A stretch of DNA of 64,000 nucleotides from Eledone cirrhosa (GCA_964016885.1 OZ024749.1:10230001-10294000); one strand, 5' to 3'; numbered from the stretch's first letter, positions 49,810-61,685 are shown. Notes: a model not told the origin generated them from the letters alone. Program-made: numbers and translations.

Positions 49810-50222
49810 ATGTAAAGTTATGTTGGTCCCACAACATCCAGGCCGAAACAAATGAGATCGTGTAGGTGTCACGACAAAAAAACACACAGTCCACGCTGTA
49901 AATGTGGCCGTGTAGGCAACACGGTAAAAACCTCCCAGCCCCACACTGTAAATGTGGTTGGTGTTAGGAAGGGCATCCAGCTGTAGAAAACCCGCCAGAC
50001 AGTCCACGCTGTAATGTGGCCGTGTAGGCAACACGGTAAAAACCTCCCAGCCCCACACTGTAAATGTGGTTGGTGTTAGGAAGGGCATCCAACTGTAGAA
50101 AACCCGCCAGACAGTCCTATGCGAGCAAGACAACCACTCTTGCCTCAAGTGGGAAAACCCCCGTCCAAACCCATGCAAGCGTGGAACACGGACGCTAAAC
50201 CTGATGATGATGATGATGATGA
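49810..50222 (+). mobile_element. RTE-tailed SINE 3' part with ~117-bp internal duplication
   Basis: (GAT)n tail; closely matches 58907-59195 in reverse orientation. Confidence 0.8.
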
Positions 50223-50345
50223 GTGTGTGTGAGTGTATGGTTGTGTGTATATATACATGGGTATGTGTGTGTATGTATATATACGTATATGTATGTGTGT
50301 GTGTGTGTGTGTATATATATGTGTGTATATATATGTGTGTATATA

Positions 50346-50396
<51 letters not shown>

Positions 50397-50775
50397 ATGT
50401 ATGTATGTGTGTATCGAACGTATGGATGTGTAAATGTGCGTATGTATATAAGCATGTATATTTTATGTCTCTCTTTTATGTTTTTTTATGTTTTTATTAT
50501 ATTTCTTTTTATTTCTAAATTTATAGATACATTTTTATAAATATGCTGAGTCTGACACCCTCCTTAATTACTTACTCCCTTACCCCCTTTTAATTCTGCA
50601 TCTAGATGTGTGTGTGGCCGTGTTTATGTGTGCGCCTCAATATCCATATAGTTATAATAATAATATATACGTATGTGTGTGTGTGTGTGTGTGTGTATAT
50701 GCGTGTGTGTTCGTAGATATGTGTGTGTTTATGTGTATATGCGTGTGTGTGTATGAATGTATGTATATGTGTGTA

Positions 50776-50826
<51 letters not shown>

Positions 50827-51076
50827 ATTTTGTCTGTGGATTATAGACATACAGAGACATTAGCCCTGAATTTTTATATTTACATACACTTTTTTCGACA
50901 TGCGTATGCATGTGAACATACATTTTTATGCATATCTGTGTACGAAGTTACTTACATATATACACACACCTAACTGTATTTTCTTGATGAATTTTTATGT
51001 ATTTCATTGGTCTATTTAAAATCTGTTCCCAAACAGACCTGTAATTTTGAATTGTTGTTATTATCAATAAATATAC

Positions 51077-51219
51077 TTCATTATTTCTGAAGACAGCATA
51101 TATATGTGTTGGTATGTATATTCTCTTTGATAGTTTGTATAATTTTGTACATAGATCTTTTGAATATGCATGCCAATTCTAACACATATATGTCCTAGAA
51201 ACGATCGTTAAATAATGAA
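51077..51219 (+). ncRNA. Type-I hammerhead ribozyme (PLE-associated)
   Basis: Stem I TTCATTATTT/AAATAATGAA, core CTGAAGA (51087-93), long stem II, GAAA (51198-201), palindromic ACGATCGT stem III, GUU cleavage triplet. Confidence 0.65.
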
Positions 51220-51413
51220 CTTTTTTTGTTTAATATAAGGAACTGTTTCATTGTTTTATTCATTATTTTTTAAATATTTTATCTTGACTCTGTATTCCGT
51301 TTATCTTTCACCGAAAGTGATTTTTGAATGCATCTCTTCTTTCCATGATATCCAGATTACATTGAGTTCTTCACACGGATTGGACACTACCGTAAACTTT
51401 TGGTAGATTTATC

Positions 51414-51462
<49 letters not shown>

Positions 51463-51534
51463 TTGTGTATAAGATTATATATATCTGCATGTGTATACAT
51501 CATATACTATTATTTTACCATTTTATGTGTACAG

Positions 51535-51613
51535 AACAACAAGTGGGCTGCTGAAAAAGTTATACAGATTCCTCATAAGAAGGTTGAGAACTGGATTCTA
51601 CCAGATATGCCAG
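51535..51613 (+). CDS. SELENBP1: SELENBP1 exon (NNKWAAEKVIQIPHKKVENWILPDMP G)
   Basis: TACAG| acceptor and |GTAACT donor, 79 nt, phase 0-1. Confidence 0.95.
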
Positions 51614-51622
51614 GTAACTTAC

Positions 51623-52172
51623 CACCATCATCATGGTTTAACATCTATTTTCCATGCTTGCATGGCCGAGACAGGCTCTCACATACTGAGGCTAGACTAG
51701 TCAGGTGACCATATCTTGCTTATACACTCTATTTTTGGCTTCGTTTCATTGGCTGGATGCCCTTCCTATGACAACATATACTGGGGGTCTTTTTATTGTG
51801 ATTCCAGCACTACCACTTTACAAGTTGGACTGGGGGCTTTTCATCACGGCACCAGCACTACCATTTACAGGTTGGACTGGGGGCTTTTCATCACAGCACC
51901 AGCACTACCACTTTACAGAGTGGACTGGGTGCTTTTCATCATGGCACCAGCACTACCACTTTACAGAGTGGACTGGGTGCTTTTCATCATGGCACCAGCA
52001 CTACCACTTTACAGAGTGGACTGGGTGCTTTTCATCATGGCACCAACACTACCACTTTACAGAGTGGACTGGGTGCTTTTCATCATAGCACCAGCACTAC
52101 CACTTTACAGGGTGGACTGGGTGCTTTTCATCATGGCACCAGCACTACCACTTTACAGAGTGGACTGGGTGT
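51623..52172 (-). mobile_element. RTE-tailed SINE 3' part with internal 48-bp tandem repeat (~8 copies, 51800-52172)
   Basis: Unit CAGCACTACCACTTTACAGAGTGGACTGGGTGCTTTTCATCATGGCAC; GGATGCCCTTCCT motif and tail present. Confidence 0.8.
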
Positions 52173-52249
52173 TTATATATTCAAATCTACTCCAACCCAC
52201 ACTAGTGTGGAATCCCTAATCACTCTTCTCTGGTCCCCAACTTACTGTA

Positions 52250-52570
52250 ATTTGTAAGTGTACCACTATAATATGTAAGTGTATTACTTGTTTATTAGTG
52301 TATTGTTTGAATTCGTAAGTGTATTATTTTAGTTTGTAAGTGTAACAAAGGAGTTTATAAATATATTACTTCGGTTTGTAAGTGTATCACTTGAGATAAG
52401 TGTATTACTCGAGTTTGTAAGTGTATCACTTGAGATAAGTGTATTACTCGAGTTTGGAAGTGTATCACTCGAGATAAGTGTATCACTCGAGTTTGTAAGT
52501 ATATCACTCGAGATAAGTGTATCATTCGAGTTTGTAAGTGTACCATTCGAGTTTGGATGTGTATCACTTT
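52250..52570 (+). repeat. Degenerate 18/21-bp minisatellite (TAAGTGTATCACTCGAG core)
   Basis: Tandem copies visible. Confidence 0.85.
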
Positions 52571-52678
52571 AGTTAACAAGTCTACCTATTGAGTTTACAA
52601 GCAATATATAAAAAATATAATACACTTTCCCATTAAATATTCCTCTAAATATTTTCTTTTCTTTGCATTTCCTCAAAG

Positions 52679-52800
52679 GTCTCATTACTGATATAATCCT
52701 ATCCTTGGATGACCGATTCCTATACTTTAGTAACTGGCTCCATGGTGATATCAGACAATATGACATCACCGATGGAAAGAATCCAGTTCTGGTTGGCCAG
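52679..52800 (+). CDS. SELENBP1: SELENBP1 exon ([41 protein letters not shown])
   Basis: AAAG| acceptor and |GTGGGT donor, 122 nt, phase 1-0; very high similarity to the recalled human sequence. Confidence 0.97.
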
Positions 52801-53429
52801 GTGGGTAGTTTGCTTTTTGTTCTTTCTTTCTTTCTTTCTGAATCTCATGGTTATACAGACTTCATTTCCATCACCTGTTGTCGGCCTGAAGATGATGGTG
52901 GTTGCCTTTGTAGACAAATAAGGTAAACTGTAAATACATACATACACACATACATACATATAGATGTTAAATGATGATGATGACATACACACACATGCAC
53001 GCATACATACATATATGCATACATATATGCACACACATACATATATACATGCATACATACATGATGGCTGCAACTCAATTTCAAGTAATGCCATTGCTTG
53101 ATACTTAACTATAAGCATCACGGATGTGGCTTTTTAGTCCAGCCAGGGACTTGCCTATGGCCAGCAATGCCATGCATCGCAAAAGGTGTCACATATCAAG
53201 CAATGCCTGTGCTTGAAGCTTTTTTAAGTGAGGAAAGGCTTTGCATGGGGCTAATCCCACTTTCTGGACATCAAATACATTTGCCCAAAAAGTAGAACTG
53301 GTCTACATCATTGGATGCAAATGAAGTTTGGGTTAAGAGGTGCCTACTGACTGTAGGTTTGTATGCAATGGCAGTCGGGCCTTCTGTATAACTGCATGGC
53401 TCCAAAGGTCTCGAACCAGTGTCATTGTC

Positions 53430-54132
53430 TTAGAGATGTGTAGGTGAGCAAGGTCAGTTTTTATCACCTCATCCTAGGTTTTCCTTGGTTCACCCACTCC
53501 ACAGCTTCCATCAATTTTCATTGCCCTGCACTTTTTTATACAGCTGTCGTCCTTCATATGCATCACATGTCCATACCAACGCAATCTCCTCTCCAGAACA
53601 CAACATTTGATACCTCTTATGATTAGTTTCCCTCTTAGTTCGTTTATGCTTCACCTTTCACGCACATTACTATTACACATCCATCGGAGATGCAAGCTTC
53701 ATTTCTTTCTACTCTACGCAGGTCTTCAGCACACAATGCCCAAGTCTCACTCCCATGTAATATCGCTGTTCGTATACAAGCATCATACAATCTGCCTTTC
53801 ATTTTTAGAGAAAAACCCCTTTTGGCCAACAGTGGTATTAGCTCTCTGAACTTTTTCCATCCTATTCTAACTCTAGCTACTACACTTTCAGAGCACCCTC
53901 TTCCACTGCTGATGTTGTCACCCAGGTAACGGAAGGTGTCTACTATTTCTATAGAACCATCTGGGCAGTTGAAGGAGATATCATCCAGTGGGCCCTTGCT
54001 ACTTACTGCACCTGAGCATCGGCCAAATATAAAATCTACATTCTTAGATAGCTTACCTGTGATCCCACTACATAGTTTGTATTTGGAACATAGAATGGAA
54101 TTTCTACCTACTCCTTTCTTACACAGCATCAA
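53430..54132 (-). mobile_element. Decayed RTE LINE 3' fragment (second subfamily)
   Basis: FRYLGD...ARVRIGWKKFREL...KGRLYDACIRTAILHGSETW. Confidence 0.88.
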
Positions 54133-54946
54133 TGTAAGTTCAATGTATTGTCTTAATACATTGAGAGGGATATATTTATATAGTAATTCAGTGATGCAAC
54201 ACGTTCACCATGCAGCAATGACATGGTATGTATCATATATATTCAACTTGAGTCCTTATTCTTAAGAATCCTCCTCCGATTAAGGAATTCTTCCAACATT
54301 GGTTATTCTAATGTCTTGCAATTGGTGTTGTTTCTTGAGTTCCAAAAACCATGGTCGAGGGACTGTATAAGTAAAACTGACTTTTTTTAGCTGGTCTAGC
54401 TTATATCCCCCAAATTGAGATTTTGGCTTATGTTTAATATATTATATCATCATCATCATCATCACCATTTAAATTTAAAGTCCATTTTTCCACGCTTGCA
54501 TGGGTTAGACGCGCCGTCTACACCGGGTGGAAAGTCTGGCCAGAGTTGGCCTTGTTGCACCTTGCTCTGGCAAGGACTAAATTTGGTTATGCAAGCAGGG
54601 AAAAGCAGACGTAAAATGATGATGATGATGATATATCATCATCATCATCATCATCTTCATTTAACGTCTATCTTAGTAGTGGATTGGGGTGTATATTTGG
54701 TTAAGAGGTGCCTACTGACTGTAGGTTTCGCTTTGTACTTAGGCAAGGTGGGTCTTCTGTTTTACTGCGTAGCACCAAAGATCTCAGTCCAGTGACATTG
54801 TCTTAGAGAGGTGCAAGTGTGTAAGGTCGGAATTTATCAAATCGTCCCAGGTTTTTCTGGGTCTACCTACTCCGTAACTTACATCAATTTTGATCGCCCT
54901 GTTATATATATATCAGTTGTAATATTCTGTTCTCTGTAAATTTCAG

Positions 54947-55012
54947 TTGTTTCTTGGAGGTTCCATTTTGTCTGACAGCAAAGTAAAAGTTATCAAAGAT
55001 GAAGAACTGAAA
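54947..55012 (+). CDS. SELENBP1: SELENBP1 exon (LFLGGSILSDSKVKVIKDEELK); not represented in the ORF track
   Basis: TTTCAG| acceptor and |GTAAGT donor, 66 nt, phase 0-0; LFLGGSI and DEELK motifs. Confidence 0.95.
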
Positions 55013-55036
55013 GTAAGTAAAATACATTGAATTATA

Positions 55037-55093
55037 GATGTGTGTGATGTATGTATGTGTGTATGTGTGTATGATGTGTGTATGTGTGTATGA

Positions 55094-55125
<32 letters not shown>

Positions 55126-55666
55126 ATGTATGTGCGTATGATGTGTGTGTGTGTATCTGCTGCGGTGTGTGGATGGTGTATGTGTGTGGTGTGTATATGT
55201 GTGTATGGTGTATTTAGTGTGGCGTGTGTTTGTATGTGGTGTGATGTGGCATGTGTGTGTGTGGTGTGGTGTGTATGTGTGTGTGTGTGTTTGTAGGGTG
55301 ATGTGGCATGTGTGTGTGTGGTGTGGTGTGTATGTGCGTGTGTGTGTTTGTAGGGTGATGTGGCGTGTCTGTGGTGTGGTGTGTATGTGCGTGTGTGTGT
55401 GTTTGTAGGGTGATGTGGCATGTGTGTGTGTGGTGTGGTGTGTATGTGCGTGTGTGTGTGTTTGTAGGGTGATGTGGCATGTGTGTGTGTGGTGTGGTGT
55501 GTATGTGTGTGTGTGTGTTTGTAGGGTGATGTGGCATGTGTGTGTGTGGTGTGGTGTGTATGTGTGTGTGTGTGTTTGTAGGGTGATGTGGCATGTGTGT
55601 GTGTGGTGTGGTGTGTATGTGTGTGTGTGTGTTTGTAGGGTGATGTGGAATGTGTGTGTGGTGTGG
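55037..55666 (+). repeat. (GT)-rich microsatellite grading into a ~57-bp tandem repeat
   Basis: Unit GTAGGGTGATGTGGCATGTGTGTGTGTGGTGTGGTGTGTATGTG...TTT, about 7 copies. Confidence 0.9.
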
Positions 55667-55699
55667 TTCTCCAAATTGAGAGATCACAGCTCTGATATT

Positions 55700-55940
55700 A
55701 CAGACATGTGGTTAGAATGTCTGAGGTAAGAAATGCGGGACAGATTTATTGGGCAAAACCAACCGGCAGGAGACCCAGGGGTAACGCAAAATGGTTGGAT
55801 AACACCCATGAGATCAGCTGGTCTTGCTTGGGGATCTAGCCAAATCAACTGAAGACAGTTGCTTCTGACAGGACTCGCTCGGAGTGTTTGAGGATTCTGC
55901 CCCCACGACCCTCTTAGAAATAAGTGGGCGAAGAAGAAGG
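55700..55940 (+). mobile_element. Old LINE 3' fragment
   Basis: Translates RHVVRM...KPTGRRPRG..KWLDN, an RTE-like C-terminus. Confidence 0.5.
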
Positions 55941-56246
55941 TTATTACATAAAATTATGATGGAAGATTTTAAAATGAATATTAGCACTTTAAAATAAACA
56001 GTTTTCTATCATAGAACCAGGGGTAGTTTCAGATGGTTTGATAGAAAAAAAGTTATGGCTAAATACAGAGGAGAGAAAGTTAAATACTGGGTCCCGACCA
56101 ACTGCTTCCACTTTGTACTGGTCTCTGTCAAGACTTCTGATATCCTTGGGCCCCACACTGCTGATTTTCTCCGTAAAATTAAAAAGACACAGCCTGCTTG
56201 AGGAAGAAGCCCTGTGAGATTGGGTGGCTTTTGCAGCAGGTGTCTA

Positions 56247-56609
56247 TGTTATGTCTTTGAGCAAGACAGTTTATTTCATGCTGCTCTTTCTGCCAGGAGT
56301 TACAACTGGTAGATAGTATCAGCAATGACAAGACCAATGGAAACATTGTTTCCTTGGTCCAATCTCACAAGTTCCACTTCACTTAGTAAGTGAATAAGGT
56401 CTGGGATCTTATCAATCAATTGATCAATATCTATTGATTAGAAAGGTCTTTTTGATCCACCAATTTCCAATGTTCAGTGGCTTCTATGGTGACCTCAATA
56501 TCTCAGTTGTGACATATTGTAGGTGTATTTTGACAGAGGGAGCACTCATGTCCATATGTTCCTTGAGCCATATGTGTAGCATCTGGACAGCACTTCCAAT
56601 GTATGAGCC
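56247..56609. repeat. Left arm of ~360-bp inverted duplication
   Basis: Reverse complement of 58415-58769 with a few substitutions and one 8-nt indel. Confidence 0.95.
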
Positions 56610-56699
56610 ATTTCCATTTTGTCCATAGGGCCCAGCTGAAACGTTGTTCAAGACTGGGGTGTAGAATCTGCTCCTTCCATTCTTCCTTTCTTTCATTGC

Positions 56700-56927
56700 T
56701 TAACCCTTTAGCATTTACATTACTCTATATATACCATTATATTTTCATGGTAAAGGCTTTACCTCGCATAATTATCTCACATAATATCGAATCTATGAGA
56801 TTTTGAAAGTATTTATTTTGAGAACAAAACCTTAACATCAGTTTGAGGAACTGGTTACAGCCAGTTTCAACAGAAAGAGGTAGAGAATTCTGGCCGGTTT
56901 TGGCCGGTTTGAACATTAAAGGGTTAA
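56700..56927. mobile_element. piggyBac-type MITE, copy 2
   Basis: TTAACCCTTTAGCAT...TAAAGGGTTAA. Confidence 0.82.
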
Positions 56928-57106
56928 TTCTTTTTTTCTTTTTCATCTACCTATTTCTTTTTTTTTTTTTTGTTCCCTTTAATAGTGTTTTGTTTTTTAT
57001 AAACAACTTTGTAAAATAAAAGTGATTCAAACTTGAAATAACAGGAAGTTTATTATATTTGTCTTGTGAGTCAGCTATATCTATGATATTGTCTCGTTAT
57101 TGCCAG

Positions 57107-57252
57107 GCACAGCCTCATCCTCTGTATATGAACAACAAGAGAGTCCATGGTTCTCCACAGATGTTACAGATAAGTCTCGATGGTAAACGCTTGTATGTGA
57201 CATTTTCACTCTACAGTGGATGGGATCACCAGTTTTATCCACAAATGACAGA
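57107..57252 (+). CDS. SELENBP1: SELENBP1 penultimate exon ([48 protein letters not shown])
   Basis: CCAG| acceptor and |GTAAGT donor, 146 nt, phase 0-2; [12 protein letters not shown] and WD.QFYP motifs. Confidence 0.96.
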
Positions 57253-57283
57253 GTAAGTGCATTCAACATTTATATATCAACAG

Positions 57284-57680
57284 TGGTAGTTTGGCAGAAT
57301 CGGTAGAGCGTCGGACAACATGCTTTATGTTCTGAGTTCAAATCCTGCCAAGGTTAGCTTTGCCTTTCATCCATTGATAAAATACCAGTAAAGCACTGGG
57401 GTCGATTTAATCAACTTTCCCTTCCCCAAAAATTGTGGGCTTGTGCCTAAATCAGGAACCATTATTATTGGGCTAGTTGAATTGGCGATGAATTGGCAAT
57501 ATCAGTAGAGGGTCGGACGCCATGCTTTGTAGCATAGAGTTACGGCCCTTTATGGTCTGAGTTCAAATCCCGTCAAGGTTAACTTTACCTTTCATCCTTA
57601 CGGGGTTGATAAAATAAAGTACCAGTAATGTACTGGGATAATTGCTGGTCTTGTGCCAAAAGTAGAAACAATTATTATTG
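57284..57680 (+). mobile_element. Two tandem tRNA-derived SINEs (second family)
   Basis: Heads TGGCAGAATCGG...GAGTTCAAATCC at 57292-57344, repeated at 57495-57570; (ATT)n tails. Confidence 0.8.
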
Positions 57681-57714
57681 GGATAGTTTATATGAGTATT
57701 GTAAGATATATGAT

Positions 57715-58312
57715 GAAGATGTGCTGGTGACATGACAAAAAAAGCACCCAGTCCATGCTATTGATGGTCGTGCTAATCCCACTATGAAAAAGCACTTGAT
57801 CCACCCTGTAAGGTGGTCATGCTGGTGACAACAAAAAACACCCAATTCACCCTATAGATGGTTGTGCTGGTGATGCAACAAAAATCACCTATATAACCCT
57901 ATAGATGGTTGTGCTGGTCCCATGATAAAAAAGCACCCAGTTCCCGTGTAAAGTGGTTGTACTGGTCCCACAACAAAAAAGCACCCAGTCCTTCCTATAG
58001 AGGATTGAGTTGGTGACATGACAAAAAAGTACCCAGTCCACTATGTAAGGTGGTTGTGCTGGTACCACAATGAAACAGCACCTGGTCCACCCTGTTTGAT
58101 AGTTATTTTAGTGCCATGATAAGAAGTACCCAATCCACATTGTAATGAGGTGGCATTAGGAAGGGCATCCAGCTACAGAAGCCAAGCCAGAAACAGTTCT
58201 GTATAAGCAAGACATGGTCACCTGAATTGACTTGTCTTTTAACGCAACAACCCATCTAACCCATGCAACCGTGGAAAAATAGATGTTAAATGGTGGTGGT
58301 AATGATGATGAT
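57715..58312 (+). mobile_element. RTE-tailed SINE 3' part with degenerate ~47-bp internal tandem repeat
   Basis: Repeated AAAAGCACCCAGTCCA...GGTTGTGCTGGT units, then AGGAAGGGCATCCAGC and a (GAT)n tail. Confidence 0.75.
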
Positions 58313-58414
58313 GAATGTATTGGGAAAGTTGGTACAATGTGAATAGGAAATATACTGATGGAAATGTGCTTGAGATCATTTGTGGCGTACAAGGTCACCT
58401 ACAAAAATTGTAGA

Positions 58415-58769
58415 GGCTCATACATTGGAAGTGCTGTCCAGATGCTACACATATGGATCAAGGAACATACGGACACGAGTGCTCCCTCTGTCAAAATACA
58501 CCTACAATATGTCACAATTGAGGTCACCATAGAAGCCACTGAACATTGGAAATTGGTGGATCAAAAAGACCTTTCTAATCAATAGATATTGATCAATTGA
58601 TTGATAAGATCCCAGACTTTATTCCCTTACTAAGTGAAGTGGAACTTGTGAGATTGGACCAAGGAAACAATGTTTCCATTGGTCTTGTCATTGCTGATAC
58701 TATCTACCAGTTGTAACTCCTGGCAGAAAGAGCAGCATGAAATAAACTGTCTTGCTCAAAGACATAACA
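58415..58769. repeat. Right arm of ~360-bp inverted duplication (GIY-YIG remnant fused to a SINE fragment)
   Basis: Encodes GSYIGS...IKEH, then joins GCAGCATGAAATAAACTGTCTTGCTCAAAGACA (SINE core, reverse orientation). Confidence 0.95.
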
Positions 58770-58906
58770 CTGTCTGGGTATCAAACTCGCAACTCATGAT
58801 TGCAATTTGATTTCTCTAACCACTAAGCCACACATGTTCACTATCAACTGATATAATCCTAGTATTAACAGATCTGGGCTTCCTGGGACTGAATGGCTGT
58901 TGTGGT

Positions 58907-59195
58907 ATCATCATCATCATCGTTTAACGTCCATCTTCCACGCTAGCATGGGTTTGGACGGGAATTTTCCCACTTGAGGCAAGATTGGTTGTCTTGCTCG
59001 TATAGGACTGTCTGGCGGGTTTTCTACGGCTGGATCTCTTCCTAACACCAACCACGTTTACAGTGTGGACTGGGAGGTTTTTGCCGTGTTACCTACACGG
59101 CCACATTACAGCGTGGACTGTGTGTTTTTTTGTCGTGACACCTACATGATCTCATTTATTTAAGACTGGATGTTGTGGTACCAACACAACTTTAT
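58907..59195 (-). mobile_element. RTE-tailed SINE 3' part
   Basis: Reverse-orientation homolog of 49810-50222. Confidence 0.8.
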
Positions 59196-59311
59196 ACATG
59201 TTAACCTTTGCACCAACAGTTTGTCACACCACAAACAATAGCTCATAAGATTTTTGTTCATTTGATAAAGAGGTTCTAAACTTGAAATATTAAGAAATAT
59301 GAGATAAAAAC

Positions 59312-59690
59312 TGAACTAATGTGACCCCTGCACTAAAAGTGGGCTAATATAACTCCTGCTGTAAAGTGGGTTAACACTTTACCATTTACATTACTCTATA
59401 TATACTATTATATTTGCATGGTAAAGGCTTTACCTCACATAATATCGAATCTATGAGAACAATACCTTAACATCAGGCCGGTTACAGCCAGTTTGAACAG
59501 AAAGAAGTGAGAGAATTCTGGCCGGATATGGCTGGTTTAAATGCTAAAGGGTTAATGTGATCCCTTCACTAGAAGTGGGTTAATATGAAACTCTGCATTA
59601 CAAGTGGTTAATGTGACCCCTTTATTAGAAGTGGGATAATATGATCCCTTCACTAGAAGTAGGTTAATATGAAACTCTGCATTAGAAGTG
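59312..59690 (+). repeat. ~28-bp minisatellite interrupted by a MITE
   Basis: Unit ~GTGGGTTAATATGATCCCTTCACTAGAA on both sides of the MITE. Confidence 0.75.
59371..59555. mobile_element. piggyBac-type MITE, copy 3
   Basis: Inserted at the TTAA of a minisatellite unit, with TTAA duplicated. Confidence 0.85.
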
Positions 59691-60064
59691 CTCTTTCTCT
59701 CTCACATTCTCGGCTTATCTCTCTTCTCCTCCCCCTTCCTCCCCCTACAATCTTCACCCCCCCTCTTACCACTGCCTGTAAGGGAGGAGGAGGACATCAG
59801 TGACAACATGGAATTTAACACAGAAGCTAACATCTTTTTGTCTAGTTGATGTTGTTTAGCCCAAGGTCAGCCTTCATTAAACAGACCTATGATCAAATAC
59901 ATTAGAGCCATGGGATGCAGGACCACATTCTCCAGCAAGCCTTTTTCTGAGATGATAGGGTGTAATTTGTGGGAGATTTGGCTTCTATTTCTAGCAGGTT
60001 GAATATCCATGTACAAGCTCCCTGGTGTGCTTGTTGTGTTGAATGCACAGTGAAGTATTTGTCT

Positions 60065-60580
60065 GTGTGTATGCATGTATTTGTGTGTGTATATGTGTTC
60101 ATGTGAATGTGTGTATGTATGTGTTCATGTGAATGTGAGTATGTATGTGTTCATGTGAATGTGTGTATGTATGTGTTCATGTGTATGTGTGTATGTATGT
60201 GTTCATGTGTATGTGTGTGCATATCTTATCATGTGTTAAGTCTGGAGTGATGCTGTGTCAGGCATTTGTGTGTGTGTGTGTGTGTGTGCATGTATCTCTG
60301 TATATATGTGTGTGAGTGTGTCTATATATATGTGTGCGTGTGTGTAACATGCGTCTCTCCCCACTACCACCATCACCACACCACCACCACTACTACCATT
60401 ACCACACCACCAACCACCCCACCACCAACCACCCCACCACCACCACACCACCACTACCACACCACCACCACCACCAACACCCACTACCACACCACCACCA
60501 CCACCACCACACCCACCTTCACCACCACCACACCACCACCAACACACCACCATCACTACCATCACCACCACCCCCATTTC
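60065..60580. repeat. TG-rich 24-bp repeat, (TG)n and (CAC)n low-complexity tracts
   Basis: Directly visible. Confidence 0.9.
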
Positions 60581-61685
60581 AACTGTCATCTGTATATTAT
60601 CTGAAATATTCCTTGCCTCCTACCACAGTCAATGACATCTCCTCCTACTCTCACCACAACACAGCTTTCATGTTCTCACATAAACACAAAGAAAGGGAGT
60701 TTGTTAAAATACATGGTCAGGAGTTTGTGAGGAAACACTTTAACCATTTTGATACCAGACTGCATAAAACCACCTCTTCTTCTACAATACAAAATTGTTT
60801 TAAAGTGATTATAATTATCTAAAAATCACAATTTTCTGTAAGAACCTTTGTTAAGTTATGTTCCAAAAATCAACTTAATAACATGAAAGTTACTAAACCC
60901 ATTGACAAATTTGAAGATGACAGACAAAATTTGTGATTGATGGTAGCAAAATTGAAGTTGATGAATAACAAATTTGAGGTAGAAACCCTGTAATTTGATA
61001 TAAGAACTCTTGTTAAGTTATGTTCCAAAAACCATCTTAGTAATGAGAAAGTTAGTTATATTTCTAAATCCCTCCAAATGCTTGATTATTTTCAAAATTA
61101 TTTGAAAACTATAAACAATTTCTTTGATTAGAGATATGGTAATAAAAGGGTTAACATGTCTATATTTATCTAAAAACCTTCCAATGATGCCAACAAATTA
61201 TACCTTGCATTTATAGTGCTTATTTTTCATTGTCCATTTCTCTTCGCTGGTATGGATTGGATGGGATGTTTGAGGCAGTGTTTTACAGCCAGATACCCTT
61301 CCTGATGCCAACCCTTTTAGTTGCCTCTTACTTCATGCAGAGACACAGTGTAACTATTCTAAAATCTGGGATATACACAACATAATCCCATGGTATATCT
61401 CTATATATTTATATAAAACTCTTCAATCAATTTTATGAAAGAACATTATACCGTGTGTATCCTGGTTTTTAGAATGTATCCTTGTATGTCATGAAAGAGC
61501 AATCAGCTGGCTTAACCCTTTCGTTACCATATTTCCCATGAAAAAACATTGAATCCGTTTCAATTAATGTTAAAAATAATCAAGAATTTGGAGGGTTTTA
61601 GTAAAATGACTTTTACATTATGTTGACATTTAGAATATAATATAAAGGTTCTTATATAAAACTATGATTGATTTTAATATAGGTT

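Larger units (their letters stand above)
49230..50975. repeat. (TA)n/(TG)n microsatellite-rich region
   Basis: Dinucleotide runs directly visible. Confidence 0.9.
46151..51416 (+). mobile_element. Penelope-like retroelement (PLE), 5'-truncated, bounded by (TA)n
   Basis: RT + GIY-YIG ORF, long AT-rich 3' region, hammerhead motif near the 3' end, and (TA)n on both sides. The 3' boundary is inferred. Confidence 0.7.

Noticed and set aside
49184-55729. Numerous His/Thr/Tyr/Ile/Cys/Val-rich ORFs
   Set aside because: Translations of (TA)n, (CA)n and (TG)n microsatellites.
33216-57252. Selenocysteine (in-frame TGA) in the selenium-binding protein
   Set aside because: No in-frame TGA in any exon; SELENBP1 is not a selenoprotein.
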